From NCBI GenBank assembly GCA_951406725.2, contig OX597831.1:45756001-45820000 (forward strand): a DNA stretch of 64,000 nt, in the 5' to 3' direction. The translations under genes and the position numbers were made by a program. This stretch comes from Octopus vulgaris. Lineage: Eukaryota. Of the stretch, positions 24,943-39,300 are shown in pieces. The notes below the pieces were generated by a model. It worked only from the letters and a program-made list of their open reading frames with translations, was not told the DNA's origin and did not search any database. Each line of letters opens with the position of its first letter. Within the stretch, counting starts at the first letter, position 1.

Positions 24943-25947
24943 TATACATGTATCATTATCAAGTACACATACTTGACATCTATGCTTTGTGTACTTACCA
25001 GTGAGCTGTGATTTGATGTGCTGAAGATTTCTCCCTTAAAGTATAAAGCACCAAAGCACCAGAAAGTTTCCACCCAGTACTTTTAGAGAGTAATCTCCAC
25101 CACACCAATTCACAGCCTACAGGCAAACACACAACAAAGCATATACATTATGTATAAATAAAAAATATAAATGCGCCCTTTTAAAGCCTGGCCAGGCTCA
25201 TGGGCCTGGTTTCCCGGTTTCTATGGCGTATGTGTTCCCCAGCTGGACGGGACGCCAGTCCTATGCTAGCATGGGTTGGACGATTTGACTGAGGTCTGGC
25301 GAACCAGATGGCTGCACCAGACTGCAATCTGATCTGGCAGATATTCTACAGCTGGATGCCCTTCCTTACGCCAACCACTCCAAGAGTGTAGTGGATGCTT
25401 TTATGTGTCACCGGCACGAGGGCCAGTTAGGTTGTACTGGCAACGGCCACACTCAAATGGTGCTTTTTATGTGCCACCTGCACAGGAGCCAGTCCAGCGG
25501 CACTGGCAGTGACCTCGCTCAAATGTTTTTTTTTCATGTGCCACCAGCACAAGTGCTAGTAAGGCGACGCAGGTAATGATCATGCTCGGATGGTTCTTTT
25601 AACATGCCATCAGCACGGAGGCCAGCTTGTTGCTCCGGCAACGATTTCGCTCGTATGGTACTCTTAGCGCTCCATTAGCACGGATGCCAGTCATCGAATT
25701 TGATATCGATTTCAATTTCACTTGCCTCAATAGGTCTTTGCAAGCAGAGTTTCGTGTCCAATGAAGGAAAGGCACGCATAAGTAGACTGGTTACACCCTT
25801 GGCATAGGCCACAAGGTTATGGTGTAACTTGCGCTTGCCAAGTCTTCTCAAGCACAGACTATTTCCAGAGGCCCCGGTCACTAGTCAAGGTCCCGGTCAT
25901 ACATATATATATGTATACATGCATATATATGTTTGTATGTATATATA

Positions 25948-25979
<32 letters not shown>

Positions 25980-26107
25980 CACACACACACACATATATAT
26001 TTATATATATATAGAAGGCAGTAGCTATGAATACATGAGAATTTTCACTATGAATAAAGTAAGAACAAAGTTCCATTATCTAAAAAAATATTTAAAAAAT
26101 AACATAC

Positions 26108-26169
26108 CATGAATAAAGTTGTCAGGCTTGATAGAAGCATCTGGACTGGCACTTTTAGTTACCACAGAT
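26108..26169 (-). CDS. MYCBPAP: MYCBPAP-like exon (KSVVTKSASPDASIKPDNFIH)
   Basis: TTACTTTAG acceptor and GTATGT donor; phase 2->1, open frame leading into GPQFD. Confidence 0.72.
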
Positions 26170-28211
26170 CTAAAGTAATAAAGCATCAAATAATTTATAA
26201 ATTAAGAGGATATTTATGCAGAAGGATATTTATGCAAGATAATAAGAGAGTCAGTCTCACTTATGTTATTCCAATCGTTGTACGTTGGCTGGTAGCACTA
26301 ATTAGTGGCTGACCATAAATAAATTATGAGGTGGGAGCTTTAAGCAGTGATGTGTATAAATGCAATGTTATTAGCAGTTCAAATATACCAGTGGCAATTT
26401 TGAACTCGTAAGCAAGTGATTCACTGTTTCACTGTGCTTTATCATGGAAAAAATTTCTTGCTATAGACAAATGGTGTAAATACACCGAAATCAGCTCGTA
26501 GCGCTACCTATCCGGACTGTGAGATGCAATCATTTCAGAGAGGTTATCTCCTCTTTCTCCTGATGCTTCACTCTACAGCATTAGGAGAATGATGCAAGGG
26601 CAATATTGACTCCTTAACCAGGGTCTGTATGGCCCTTGGGGGTTCATACAAGATTTTGTTGTTAAAATTTATGTATAATAAAACTGGTTATACTTCTATG
26701 ATATACAAAATATTTCAACAATTTTTTAATATAATTCCTAATAATATTTAATTATAAAAATATAATAGGATTTTATTTACACTTCAAATGGCCATGGGGC
26801 CCAGTAGAGTAACAAAGGAATCAAAGGGGGTTCATAGGAAAGCAAATAGTCAAGCACCACCATTCTAAAACATAAATATATTGAGTTCTAACAAATGTTT
26901 ATTGACCATCACAATGCCTAAGTGAAATCATAAAATAAAAGCATTCTCATATTTGGTTTCATGCCACCAGTTTACAATTTCAAGGATACTTAGAGGTAGT
27001 CAAATCAACTATATCCCTTGCCTACAGAAAGTCACTGGGTACCATCACATTAACTAAATTTATACATCATTTAAAATGCAACATACTAATTAATATACTT
27101 CAAAGAAATCCTAATTGCTACTTCTAATGCAAATATCATTTATTTCAATACTAAGTGGCAAGCAGGGTTATTAATCAATGTTAACTAATGTGGTATGAAA
27201 TATGATTAAATATTTGCCTGAAAACCAAATAGTTATTATATAAAAAATAAAGAGTTTTTTTGTTTTGTTTTTTTTTACTACAACTGCTAGTATTCCAGCG
27301 ATTTTCTCAGCTCTTAGGTTTCTGTCATGTGAAGCAAAAGCACTCAAGTATATTATGGCTCAAACTTCATTTGAACCAGCAGAATTCAAAGTTGCTACAT
27401 GCAATGAAACATTCATACAGCACAGACACTCTGTCACTTATGACAAATGTCTCAGTCGATCCAATCAGCAGAACAGCTCACTCATGAAATCAACATGCAA
27501 GTGGCTGTGTACTCCACAGACACGTGTACATTTAACCCTTTGGCATTCAGATTAATGTGTCAAATATAATATTTACATACTCTTTTTACTCTTTACTCTT
27601 TTACTTGTTTCAGTCATTTGACTGTGGCCATGCTGGAGCACTGCCTTTAGTCAAGCAAATCGACCCCAGGACTTATTCTTTGTAAGCCTAGTACTTATTC
27701 TATCAGTCTCTTTTGCCAAACCGCTAAGTTACGGGGACGTAAACACACTAGCATCGGTTGTCAAGCGATGCTGGGGGGACAAACACAGACACACAAACAT
27801 ACACACACATATATATACACATATACATATACGACGAGCATATTTCAGTTTCCATCTACCAAATCCACTCACAAGGCTTTGGTTGGCCCAAGGCTATAGT
27901 AGAAGACACTTGCCCAAGATGCCACGCAGTGGGGCTGAACCCAGGACCATACGGCTGGTAAGCAAGTTACTTACCAGACAGCCACTCCTGCGCCTAAATA
28001 TCACATGTTTGGAATTTATCATGCACTATCTTGTAGCTTAGAGATTTCAATGGTGTGATTGTTTAATTTTAGAATGACATTGTAGGATTGAGATGAAAGG
28101 TCAGATCTGACAAGCAGAAACCTTGGAAGTAGTAATTACCCAAACAAGGGGTACTCCATTAGTACTAACTTCCTATACCTTTATCTTTGGATCTTAGCTT
28201 TACACATATAT

Positions 28212-28288
<77 letters not shown>

Positions 28289-28289
28289 A

Positions 28290-29222
28290 AGAGGGAGCAG
28301 GACATCCATCAACCTCTACCAATGATGTGAAGATTCAACAAACTCAAGAAATGGTTCTGGTGAACTGACAGGTGACCATTGATAAGGTGACATGTTCTCT
28401 GCAAATTAGTCGTGGTTCTGCAAACAAAATCATCCACAACAAACTTTGTTTCCATAAAGTTTGTGCAAGATGGGTGCCAAGAGAGCGTACTACAGTGTAT
28501 AAGTGCAATCTTGTGGAGATCTGTCAATGCTCTCTCAACTGCTATAACAATGAAGGTGAAGCTATTCTGGAGAGAATAGTAACAGGAGATGAGACCTAGC
28601 TCCATCATTTTGAGCTAGAATCCAAAAAGCAAAGTATGGAGTAGAAACACCTGGAATTGCCACAGAAAAGAAATTCAAGACTCAATCTTCCACAGGAAAA
28701 AATGCTGTTTTATGGAACACATAAGGGCCTATAGTGGAAGATTACCAGAGAAAAGAATCTACAGTCACCAGTGAAGGCTACAGTGAAATACTGGTCAACA
28801 AACTGAAACCAGCAATTCTCACCAAAGTCTGAGGTCCATTGTCAAAGCAAGTGTTATTGTTGCATGACAATCCATACCTACATATGGGTGTCCACACCAT
28901 TGAAAAATTTGGGTTTCAAGTTGCTGGAACACTCTGCATATAGTCCAAATATCATTCCTATTGACTATCACCTCTTTGGACCACTTTACAAGGTTGACAA
29001 TTTGCTACAGATGAAGAAGCACAGGAAACAGTGCATTAAATGGTTATGTGACCAGCCGGAAATCTTCTTCTCCACTGGAATAAGCAAATTTGGAGACTGC
29101 TGGAAGAAGTGCATTGAAAAGCAAGGAGACTATGTTGAAAAATGATGTAATTGTTCAACCCCTGCTTTTGTTTTAACAAATTACAGCAACCAGAGTGTGC
29201 ATATAATTTTTGACTTTCCCTT
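28290..29222 (+). mobile_element. Decayed mariner transposase region
   Basis: KVCARWVPR, IVTGDET, LLHDN and HSAYSPNIIPIDYHLFGPL motifs with stops. Confidence 0.87.
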
Positions 29223-29247
29223 GTGTGTGCATGTGTACACATGTCTA

Positions 29248-29289
<42 letters not shown>

Positions 29290-29670
29290 ACAAATAGTGA
29301 AGGATTATCAATCTGGGCAAAATCCTTCACAAGCTCTCTGTTGGCCCACCAGGCTAACAATATTACTTAGATTAGTGAAGAACTCCGAGTAATCTTTTGG
29401 TAGGGTCCCCAGTTATGGTTCATCACAATTTCATATTGTAAATCTGTGGATGGGCTTCAGATAAACTGGTTTTTACAGAATGATATTTAAGAAACAATAG
29501 AACGGTCATTACATATAATTCCTTTGTTAGAGCAAATTTAGTTCACAGCTGTTTCCAGTAATCATCATAGGTACGTTACTGATAGGTTTACTCAATTGGT
29601 CTATTGATCAATTAAGGTAAATTGAATGACCCAAGAAAATTAATGCACACACACACAAATACACATGTAT

Positions 29671-29712
<42 letters not shown>

Positions 29713-30581
29713 ACTTTTTCCTTTACGAGACCGACCAGACCATCAGATGTTGTTACACATCGCTGGTCACAATGCGTTTGCATTGTTTTAGCTTTCGAAT
29801 TACGCCACCCCACTGGCTAAGCGAGCAGGCCAACAGAAGAAAGAGTGGGAGAAAGAGAGGTGAAATACAGCAGGGATCACCACCGCCTACTGGAGCCTCG
29901 TGGAGCTTTTTAGGTGTTTTCGCTCAATAAACACTCACAACGCCCGGTCTGGGAATCGAAACCGCGATCCTGCGACCGCGAGTCCGCTGCCCTAACCACT
30001 AGGCCATTGCGCCTCCACACATATATATATGTACTTTCAAACATATAAGGGATGGCCATAATAGGACATCCAACTCACTAGAAAGAGCAGCCAAACTCCA
30101 AACTACTAATAGTTGTAATTCTGAAATGGAAAGAGAAATAAAAACGTTTACCCTCTCCTTTCTGGACTATGCATAGTTTCGGCAATCTTTTGTAAATAAA
30201 TTAATTTAATTTAATTAATTTATTTACCACTGGCGTTGCCTCATCAGCAGAAAAGCCAAGGACTAACATATATCCACGAGGCGATGATAAACATGCCTCG
30301 AGTCTATGTGCTATAAATTTTCAAAATCCACCACGCTCGCGCATGAGAGAGCATTGACAGATCTCCACAAGATTGCACTTATACACTGTAGTAAGCTCTC
30401 TTGGCACCCATCTTGCACAAACTTTAGGGAAACAAAAAGTTTGTTGTGGATGATATTGTTTGCAGAACCATGCCTAATTAATTAATTAATGATATATATA
30501 TATATGTATATATCTATGGGGCTAAAACAACAGTGACATCGTCTTTTATAGGGCTGCCACATTTTGCTGGCATATAAACAT

Positions 30582-30628
<47 letters not shown>

Positions 30629-30869
30629 GTATTTCGGGATGGTTGTTTTTTTTACCTTTGCCAAATAAATGCACTATATATTTTTTGTTCACTTATTTTA
30701 TTATTTTAATTCATGTCTTATCTGGAAATCTTTCGTCACACATCTGTGACCTCTTCAGTAACACTTTCGTTTTCATGTGTTCTTCTATTGATAACCATAT
30801 GTGTGTGTGTGCATGTACAAAACATTCATCATTTATTAGGTCTCATGAATGAAATAATTGAATACTTGC

Positions 30870-30961
30870 TTTTTTTGATTTTTCTTCTTAACTTCCGCTA
30901 AGATTTTCTTCTTCACAAGAACTTTTCTAGATTTTACTGTTCTTACCGTCATGCTTGGTGG
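30870..30961 (-). CDS. MYCBPAP: MYCBPAP-like exon (PPSMTVRTVKSRKVLVKKKILAEVKKKNQK), GC donor
   Basis: Long polypyrimidine tract with CTCCAG acceptor; the AA|GCAAGT donor gives the phase 2 needed by the next exon. Confidence 0.68.
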
Positions 30962-33900
30962 CTGGAGACAAGTACAGGAAAACTCAGATAAGTAGACAGA
31001 AAAGTCAGAAAACAAAAAAAAAAAAGAAAAGAAAAGTAAAATAGTCATCACTTCTTTTGAATAATAACCTTAGCAATAAAGAATAGAAATTTTAGTGAGC
31101 TAGATCTGCAGAATTATTATAAAAGGAAGCAGGTGCAAGAATGGCTGCATGGTAAAAAGTTTGCTTCCCCTCCACATGGTTTTGGGCTCAGTTCCACTGC
31201 ACCTTAGGTGAATGTCTTCTACTAAAGCCATAGGCCAACCAAGGCCTTGTGATTGGTCTGGTAAAGAGAAACTAAAAGAAGCCCTTCGTGATTGTTATTT
31301 CTTTATTGCCCACAAGGGGCTAAACATAGAAGGGGCAAACAAGGACAGACAAAGAGATTAAGTTGATTACATTGACACCAGGACATAACTGGTACTTAAT
31401 TTATCGACCCCGAAAGGATGAAAGGCAAAGTCGACCTCGGCAGAATTTGAACTCAGAACGTAACAGCAGATGAAATATCTATTTCTTTACTGCCCACAAG
31501 GGGCTACACACAGAGGGGACAAACAAGGACAGACAAATGGATTAAGTCGATTATATCGACCCCAGTGCGTAACTGGTACTTATTTAATCGACCTCAAAAG
31601 GATGAAAGGTAAAGTCGACCTTGGTGGAATTTGAACTCAGAACGTAGCGGCAGACGAAATACTGCTAAGCATTTCGCCTGGCATGCTAACATTTTTCTGC
31701 CAGCACACCACCTTCTTGTTAGGGGGGGGGGGGGGAGCATCCATGTGTGTACACATGCACAAATGTTTTTGTGTGTGTGCATGTGTGCATGTGCATGTGT
31801 GCATGTGCATGTGTGCATGTGCATGTGTGCATGTGCATGTGTGCACGCACGCACGTGTGTGTGTGAATGTATTTGTATGTGTGCGTATGTGGATGTATTT
31901 TTGTGTGTGTGTGTGAATGTTTGTGTATATGTTTGTGTGTGTGTGTGTATGTGTGTGTATGTGAATGTGTTTGTGGTTGTGTAAGGGTGAATGTGAATGG
32001 GTTTGTGTGTATGTGAATGTGTTTGTGTGTGTGTGTGTATGTATGTGTGAATTTGTTTATGTGTGTATGTGTTTCCTTGCCTAGACATTGTAAATGAGTG
32101 TCACTGCCATGCAAGTGGTATCTTTTGTTTCCAGTTTACTATGAGAAACATGTCTGACCTTGGAGAAATATTACTTTGCCTGAAAACAGGTGAGGGTTGG
32201 CAACAGGAAGAGCATGCAGCCATAGAAAATTCACCTCAGCAAATCTCATCCAACCCATGCAAGCATGGAAAAGTAGGCATTAAAATGATGATGATGATGA
32301 TGAACGTTGGTAAACTCACTGATTAGTAAAGTTAGGTGTGCCCACAGATTAATTAGTTGATAAATTAAAATTTAAATACTATAATTGAAAAAGTCTAAAT
32401 AACATAAATGGAAAGACTGAATATAAACATCACAACTTGGTAGATTAAATATATCATAGGTGCAGGGGTGGCTTAATGGTAAGTAGTTCGGTTACGAACC
32501 ACATGGTTCCGGGTTCATCCCCACTGCGTGGCACCTTGGGCAAGTGTCTTCTACTATAGCCTTGGACCAACCAAAGCCTTGTGAATGGATTTGGTAGACA
32601 GAAACTGAAAGAAGCCCATTGTATATATGTATATGTATATATATATGTGTGTGTGTTTGTGTGTCTGTGTTTGTCTCCCCCAACATCGCTTGACAACCGA
32701 TGCTAGTGTGTTTATGTCCCCGTAACTTAGCGGTTTGGCAAAAGAGACTGATAGAATAAGTACTAGGCTTACAAAGAATAAGTCCTGGGGTCGATTTGCT
32801 CGACTGAAGTCAGTGCTCCAGCATGGCCACAGTCAAATGACTGAAACAAGTAAAAGAGTAAAAGAGTCATCGTCGCCATTGTCATTTTAATGTTCACTTT
32901 TCCATGCTTGCATGGGTTAGTGAGGGTCATTTTCTGAGGCAGATTTTCTACAGATGGATACCCATCCTGTCACCAACACTTACCTGTTTTCAAATAAGCT
33001 TATGTTTCCCCCATGGCCAGACACATTTCCACTGAAGATTGGAAATGAAGAACACTGTTGTATGACATTGACATTCACTTATAATTATCACATGATGTCA
33101 AAACAAAAGTACATATGCATGCACACATATATGCATATATGTATGTACATGTGTTTGCACACGTGTCTGTGTGTGTGTGTGTGTGTATGTATATATATAT
33201 ATATATATATATAGGGAGAGTTTACGAAAAAAACAATAGACGAAGACAGGTGGTATACAAAACAAACAGATATATTACTATAACGCTCAGGAATAGAAAA
33301 CGTCTTTTGCGTTTCGAGCCTACGCTCTTCTACAGAAAGGGACACAGAAAAAACAAGGAGAGAAAAAAAATGTGTGTAGTGGCTAACGATCTATCATGGC
33401 GACTGATAATATTACTATATATATATAGTAATATTATTATTAATAATAATAGCATGGAATATAATTCCAAACTTACAGGGAAAAATTCAATTTAGCAATT
33501 CTAAATCAAATTTCACAATATATAGTATATGTATATAATTAAAAGAAATAACCTCTATTATGTAATTCAATAGTGAATGACATTATCCACACCATATAGA
33601 AAAAATTTAAATATACTATAATAAATATTATTCAAAAAATCATATATACCTATATATAATTTCTGCTACACAAAAGTGTTGAAAGTCCAACATTTTGCTT
33701 TTTCAGAAAACAAAAATATAGTTTCACCATTCCATAGCAAAACCATTGTACGACACTTAAACAATTTTTTTAATCTTGGCATCTGAAGCTACTGGAGATA
33801 CAGTAGTTTGACCAAAAGAATCAGCTATTGCAAGCAAAAATAAATATTGAAAGCAAACACACTTGGCCAAATTTGGACATACATCAGTTTAACATAATAG

Positions 33901-34272
33901 CAACAATCAGTATTATGCAATCTTGCAGTCCTTTTACATTGAATTTCATCTGTCTTTTGCATCGACCCAGTGCGTAACTGGTACTTAATTTATCGACCCC
34001 GAAAGGATGAAAGGCAAAGTCGATCTCGGCTGAATTTGAACTCTGAACGTAGCGGCAGACGAAATACCTATTTCTTTACTACCCACAAGGGGCTAAACAT
34101 AGAAGGGACAAACAAGGACAGACAGAGGTATTAAGTCGATTACATCGACCCCAGTATTCATTTGGTACTTAATTTTTCGACCCCGGAATTTGAACTCACA
34201 ACGTAACAGCAGTCGAAATACCATTAAACATTTCGCCCGGCATGCTAACGTTTCTGCCAGCTTGCCGACTTC

Positions 34273-34329
<57 letters not shown>

Positions 34330-34631
34330 TATAATAATAATAATGGTTTCAAATTTAGGTACAAGGTCAGCAACTTTGAGGGAGGGCTAAGTCAATTACA
34401 TCCACTCCAATAATCAACTGGTACTTATTTTATCCACCTCGAAAGGATGAAAGGCAAAATCGACCCCGGCGGAATTTGCACTCAGAACGTAAAGACGGAC
34501 GAAATGCCGCCAAGCATTCTGCCCGACGTGCTTACGATTCTGCCAGCTTAGCGCCTTCTTTGATGGTGATAATATTTACTGCTCGACCAAGATTGACTTG
34601 ATGCTAAACAACACACACACACATACATACA

Positions 34632-34687
<56 letters not shown>

Positions 34688-34854
34688 ATATATATCTAGG
34701 CGTAGGAGTGGCTGTGTGGTAAGTAGCTTGCTTACCAACCACATGGTTCCGGATTCAGTCCCACTGCGTGGCACCTTGGGCAAGTGTTTTCTACTATAGC
34801 CGACCTAAGCCTTGTGAGTGGATTTGGTAGACGGAAACTGAAAGAAGCCCGTCG

Positions 34855-34889
<35 letters not shown>

Positions 34890-35232
34890 ATGTGTTTGTG
34901 TCTGTGTTTGTCCCCCCAACATCGCTTGGCAACCGATGCTGGTGTGTTTACATCCCCGTAACTTAGCGGTTCGGTAGACCGATCGTATAAGTACTAGGCT
35001 TACAAAGAATAAGTCCCCGGGGTCGATTTGCTCGACTCAAAGGTGGTGCTCCAGCATGGCCACAGTCAAATGACAGAAACAAGTAAAAGAGAGTAAAGAG
35101 TATCTGTGTGTGTGTGTGTGTGTATGTATAAAGTCAACAAACACATCAAGTTGGCTCGGCTGAAAGAAACGAATAACAATAACACAGAACGAACGAAAGT
35201 TTCCTTTCAAAACAATAGAACCGAAGTTGTAC

Positions 35233-35265
35233 CTGTAAAGTGACTTCAGAGAGTCCAGTAGTCAT
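35233..35265 (-). CDS. MYCBPAP: Tentative first coding exon of MYCBPAP-like gene (MTTGLSEVTLQ)
   Basis: ATG...CAG|GTACAA, phase 0, joins the next exon in frame and lies about 100 nt from promoter-like motifs; no recognisable homology on its own. Confidence 0.45.
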
Positions 35266-35364
35266 TGACTCAGTGTAGTTAGAAAAAAAAGAATTAAAAT
35301 TAGACTTAGCATAAAATAAATATCATCAACAATCAGAACGGTTTTATATCTATATTAGTTGTTG

Positions 35365-35413
35365 ATCACCTTGGTAACGTCATAAATAAATAGTCATCTC
35401 ACTTCTCGCGAGA
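35365..35413. promoter_or_regulatory. Candidate promoter: RFX X-box-like ATCACCTTGGTAAC (35365-35378) and TCTCGCGAGA palindrome (35404-35413)
   Basis: Both motifs read directly, 100-150 nt upstream of the putative MYCBPAP ATG and near the CpG-poor/CpG-rich transition. Confidence 0.5.
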
Positions 35414-35418
35414 TTACG

Positions 35419-35519
<101 letters not shown>

Positions 35520-36339
35520 TGTGCGTGTGTGTGTGTGTAATTTATTTATTATTTTATTTTATTTTATTTTATTCTACGCGGACAAGATTCTCTCGTAAGT
35601 TCCTTCAGCGGCGGCGGCAGCGGAGATAATAGTGATGGTAGTGGAGGAAGCTTCTCCACCCCCCCACCATCACCACCTCATCATTTTAATTTTACACGGC
35701 TGGTGGTGAGGTAAGAAGTTTGCTTCCCAACCATATAATTCCAAGTTCAGTCCCACTGCGTGGCATATTAGGCAAGTGTCTTTTACTATACAGCCCCGGG
35801 TCGACCAAAAAGTTTTACAAATGAATTTGGTAGCCGAAAACTAAAAGAAACGTGTCGTATACGTCTGTGTGTGTGTACATGTATGTATGTAAGTATGTGT
35901 GCAGGTCTGCATGTATGTATGTGTAAGTGTATCTCCCACCCGCAACTTCCGCTTGACACCGGCGCTGGTTTGTTTACGTCCTGTTGCGGTTCGGCAAAAA
36001 AAAAACTGATTATCTTAGGAAAAAATATGATAATAATATTTTCTACTATAGGCACAAAGCCTGAAATTTTAGGGGCGGTGGATTGTCGTTTACATCGACC
36101 CCTATAGTCAACGACCCTGATAAGATGAAAGCAAAGTCAACCAGAGCAGAGAAAATTTAAATAATAATAATAATAATTTTTGTTTTATTTGCCACAAGGG
36201 CTAATATGAATCAAAGACATGTAAGGACAAACAGAAGACGATAAAACAAAGGGTTTCGCAAAAAGAAATGTCCGTGTAAACATTTGGTAACAACGAAATT
36301 ATGACAAGTAAAAAAAAAAACTCCCAATAGGGAGGGCGC

Positions 36340-39300
36340 TTTTGAAGGTTGCTCGTGGAAAAACTCATAAAAGCCACGAGTGCCTGGTCAAAAAGGCTAG
36401 AGCCCTTTTTCCATTTCATACCTTTCTTTTTTTTTTCACATGTGTAATCTCAGAATTGGTCCGTCCATACTGGCCATTCTTCCGGCATTCACCCACCTTT
36501 CAACAAATTTGCTACGAGACAACACTTCCCTCTCTACTCTCACCTTCCTTTTCAAGTGGAATTGAAAAAGTTGATGAGGCTTTGGCAAAAGAGGAAAGTG
36601 TCTGACTTTAGCCCTTTCAAACGGGTCCACCATGCCACCTCTTTCGCTACAGCCGCCAGACAAATGAAAATTGCCTTCGCCTCCCGGGTAAAGGAGGTCG
36701 GCGGGGCAATCTTCACTATGGATTCAGCTGATAACCGGATCCGTCCTACACGCGACAGCAGCTGTTCGACATAAACCCACAGGTCAGCAATACTCGGGCA
36801 CTGGACGAGTGCGTGCAAAACGGTTTCATCGCTCTGAGCGCACCTCGGGTAGGCCCGGCTGACGGCACTTCTGTACCGGTAAAGTTTATCCCGAACAGGT
36901 AGCGCCCCTCGGTAGCACTGCCAGGTAAGGGACTTTCAGAAGTTATCCATGGGCCTCGGCCCGAAAGTTCTGCCAAATAGACTGCTCAGTCGGCCATCAT
37001 CGACGCTTAGAGTTTCCCCGAGAACGTCGTCGCACTTTTCCTGCACTAACCCCCTATAGAACGTTAGAGTGGTACTACTACCGATCGCATTTCCCGTCTG
37101 GCGGAGGGCGGTGAGAGCTTACGGTACTCGAGGTGCAAAGCGCCCTTTCTCGGTCTACGTTTGATCCAAGATTGCAGCTCGGTCAAAGAGACGAGCTGTG
37201 GAAAGGAGAGTCTGACGAACGGCGACCACACCTGCTCACCGTCCAGGAAACAGTTGAGATGCTGTAGCCTGAGCGCATATCTGCGCATCAGTAACCACGG
37301 CATGCCAAGGCCTCAGTTCAGCGGCTGTTGACAGCAAATAGAGAGTCTGACCAGTGGTACCTGATCTTTCCACAGAAAGTCGAAGAGCAAGCGCACTAGT
37401 TTGGCCAACCAGCGGTCGGGACAAGGGACGACAGTCAAGAGGTAATAGATGACGGATGCGATGTACGCATTCGCCACCTCCGCTCGACCTTTTAGGGACA
37501 GCTTCTTCTCGGTTCATTTCTGGCCACCTTGTTTGTCATCTCGTCCCAGTTTTTCTCCACCAGGAGTCCGGACCGAACCAGACCCCGAACAATTTAACAG
37601 GACCGTCTGTCCAGCACCCACGACGCTGTTGGACGGCATGGAATTGCCTCTCCAGGTGCCCAGTTGCAAGCACACCGATTTTTCCGCGTTAATTTTCGCA
37701 CCTGTCACCGCTTCGTACTCGCTTAGTGTCTTGCCAATCCGGTCGATGTACGTGTGGCTCGAAACCATCACGGTGACGTCGTCGGCATAGGCATACACGC
37801 ACTTTCCACATCCTGGATCACGCGGGACACCCTTCAACGCTTCCTACTTCCGTAGTAATGGCTCGAGAGTCAATACGTACAGGAGGGAGGAGAGAGGGCA
37901 TCCTTGGCGGACAGAATGCGAGATGTTGAACGGCTCCGAAAGGGGACCGTTCACCCGTATAACCGAGCAGATGCCGCTCTACAAAGCAAACGATCTACCC
38001 GTGGAAAACTGGACACCTTGAGAAAAGCTGCCAAATATCGATGGTCGACCCTATCGAAGGCTTTAGACTGATCTAAATTGATCAAAGCCCAACGTGTGCC
38101 AGCTTCGTTAACCACCCTCTCTATGATGTAGTGCATGTGATGGAGGTTGTCGTGGATAGACCTGGTCGGCACGGCGCATGTCTGCGCCTTGCCAATCAGC
38201 TTGTCCACGACAAGCGCCAACCTCTTGGCTAGCACCTTGGCCAAAATCTTCAACTCTACATTGAGCAGAGTGGTGGGCCTGAAATTCCCCATCACACCCC
38301 CCTTGTTTGAGTCCTTTCTCAGCAGTGCCACCACCCCTCGACAAACAAAAGCAGGGATTCTCCTGTATTGTTGTTGATTGCAGTAGACGTCCGCCAAGAG
38401 GCCCGCAAACAAGTCTGGCATTGAAGTGTAAAGCTCGTAGGGTAGACCATCCAAACCCGGCGATCTACCTCTCGTGAAGCCTTTCATCGCTTCCTCTACT
38501 TCCGTGGTAGACATCGATCTTTCGCAGCACTCCGCCTCGTTCGCCGAGAGTTGCGACACACTAAAGCCTGTACCGTTGTCCGTCCCACCACACTTCTACT
38601 TCGGTTGGGAAACCTCGCACCCGTTCTGGTCCACCAAAGACCGAATGGTCGCCCTGTTGCCACGCTTCGCCTCCGCCACGCGGGCCCATCGAGCGGCCTT
38701 AGTTTCCTCCCCGCTTACCGAACGTGCCTTAGCTCTAACAACGCAACCTTCCTGTTTGTTATCGAAGTGTTGGTCGAGAGCCAACCTGGCCGCCAACACG
38801 TCGGTTGCGAAGCCCGTTCTAAGAGCCTCGTCTAGCTTTCTAACTAAATCCCGCTTTGTCTTCTTTCGTTCTACAGCTAAAGCCTTACTAAACCCAATCG
38901 ATTCTGCTCTAATTGCCCTGTTGAGAGCAAACTACCAGTTATTGTTGATGATTGCCTCCGTCAAAGCCCGCTTAACTAATAAGCTAATCCGGTCTCTGTA
39001 AGCTTCGCACGTCGTTAACGCGTTTAGCTTCCAGTAACGGGGACCATGTCTATGAAACCTATCTAAGTCGACCGTACAGATCATGAATTTGTGGTCTGAG
39101 TAGCCGACTATGTGGAATTGTGGACACCCTATGCTGTCCTTATCTGCAGGCCTACAGAAAACTCTATCTAAGTAAGATCTAGACGAGTCGATGCGATTAG
39201 TCCAAGTCCACGTTGGCACATTCGGGTTGTCTAGTCGATATCTGTCAGACAGCTGAAAGCGTCTGAGCAGGTTAGCGAGTCTTTTGCACTCCCTCTCCTA

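Noticed and set aside
30228-30310. Open exon-like segment (HRLEACLSSPRG...) beside a 15-bp AT hairpin
   Set aside because: Phase is incompatible with the flanking exons and no homology was recognised.
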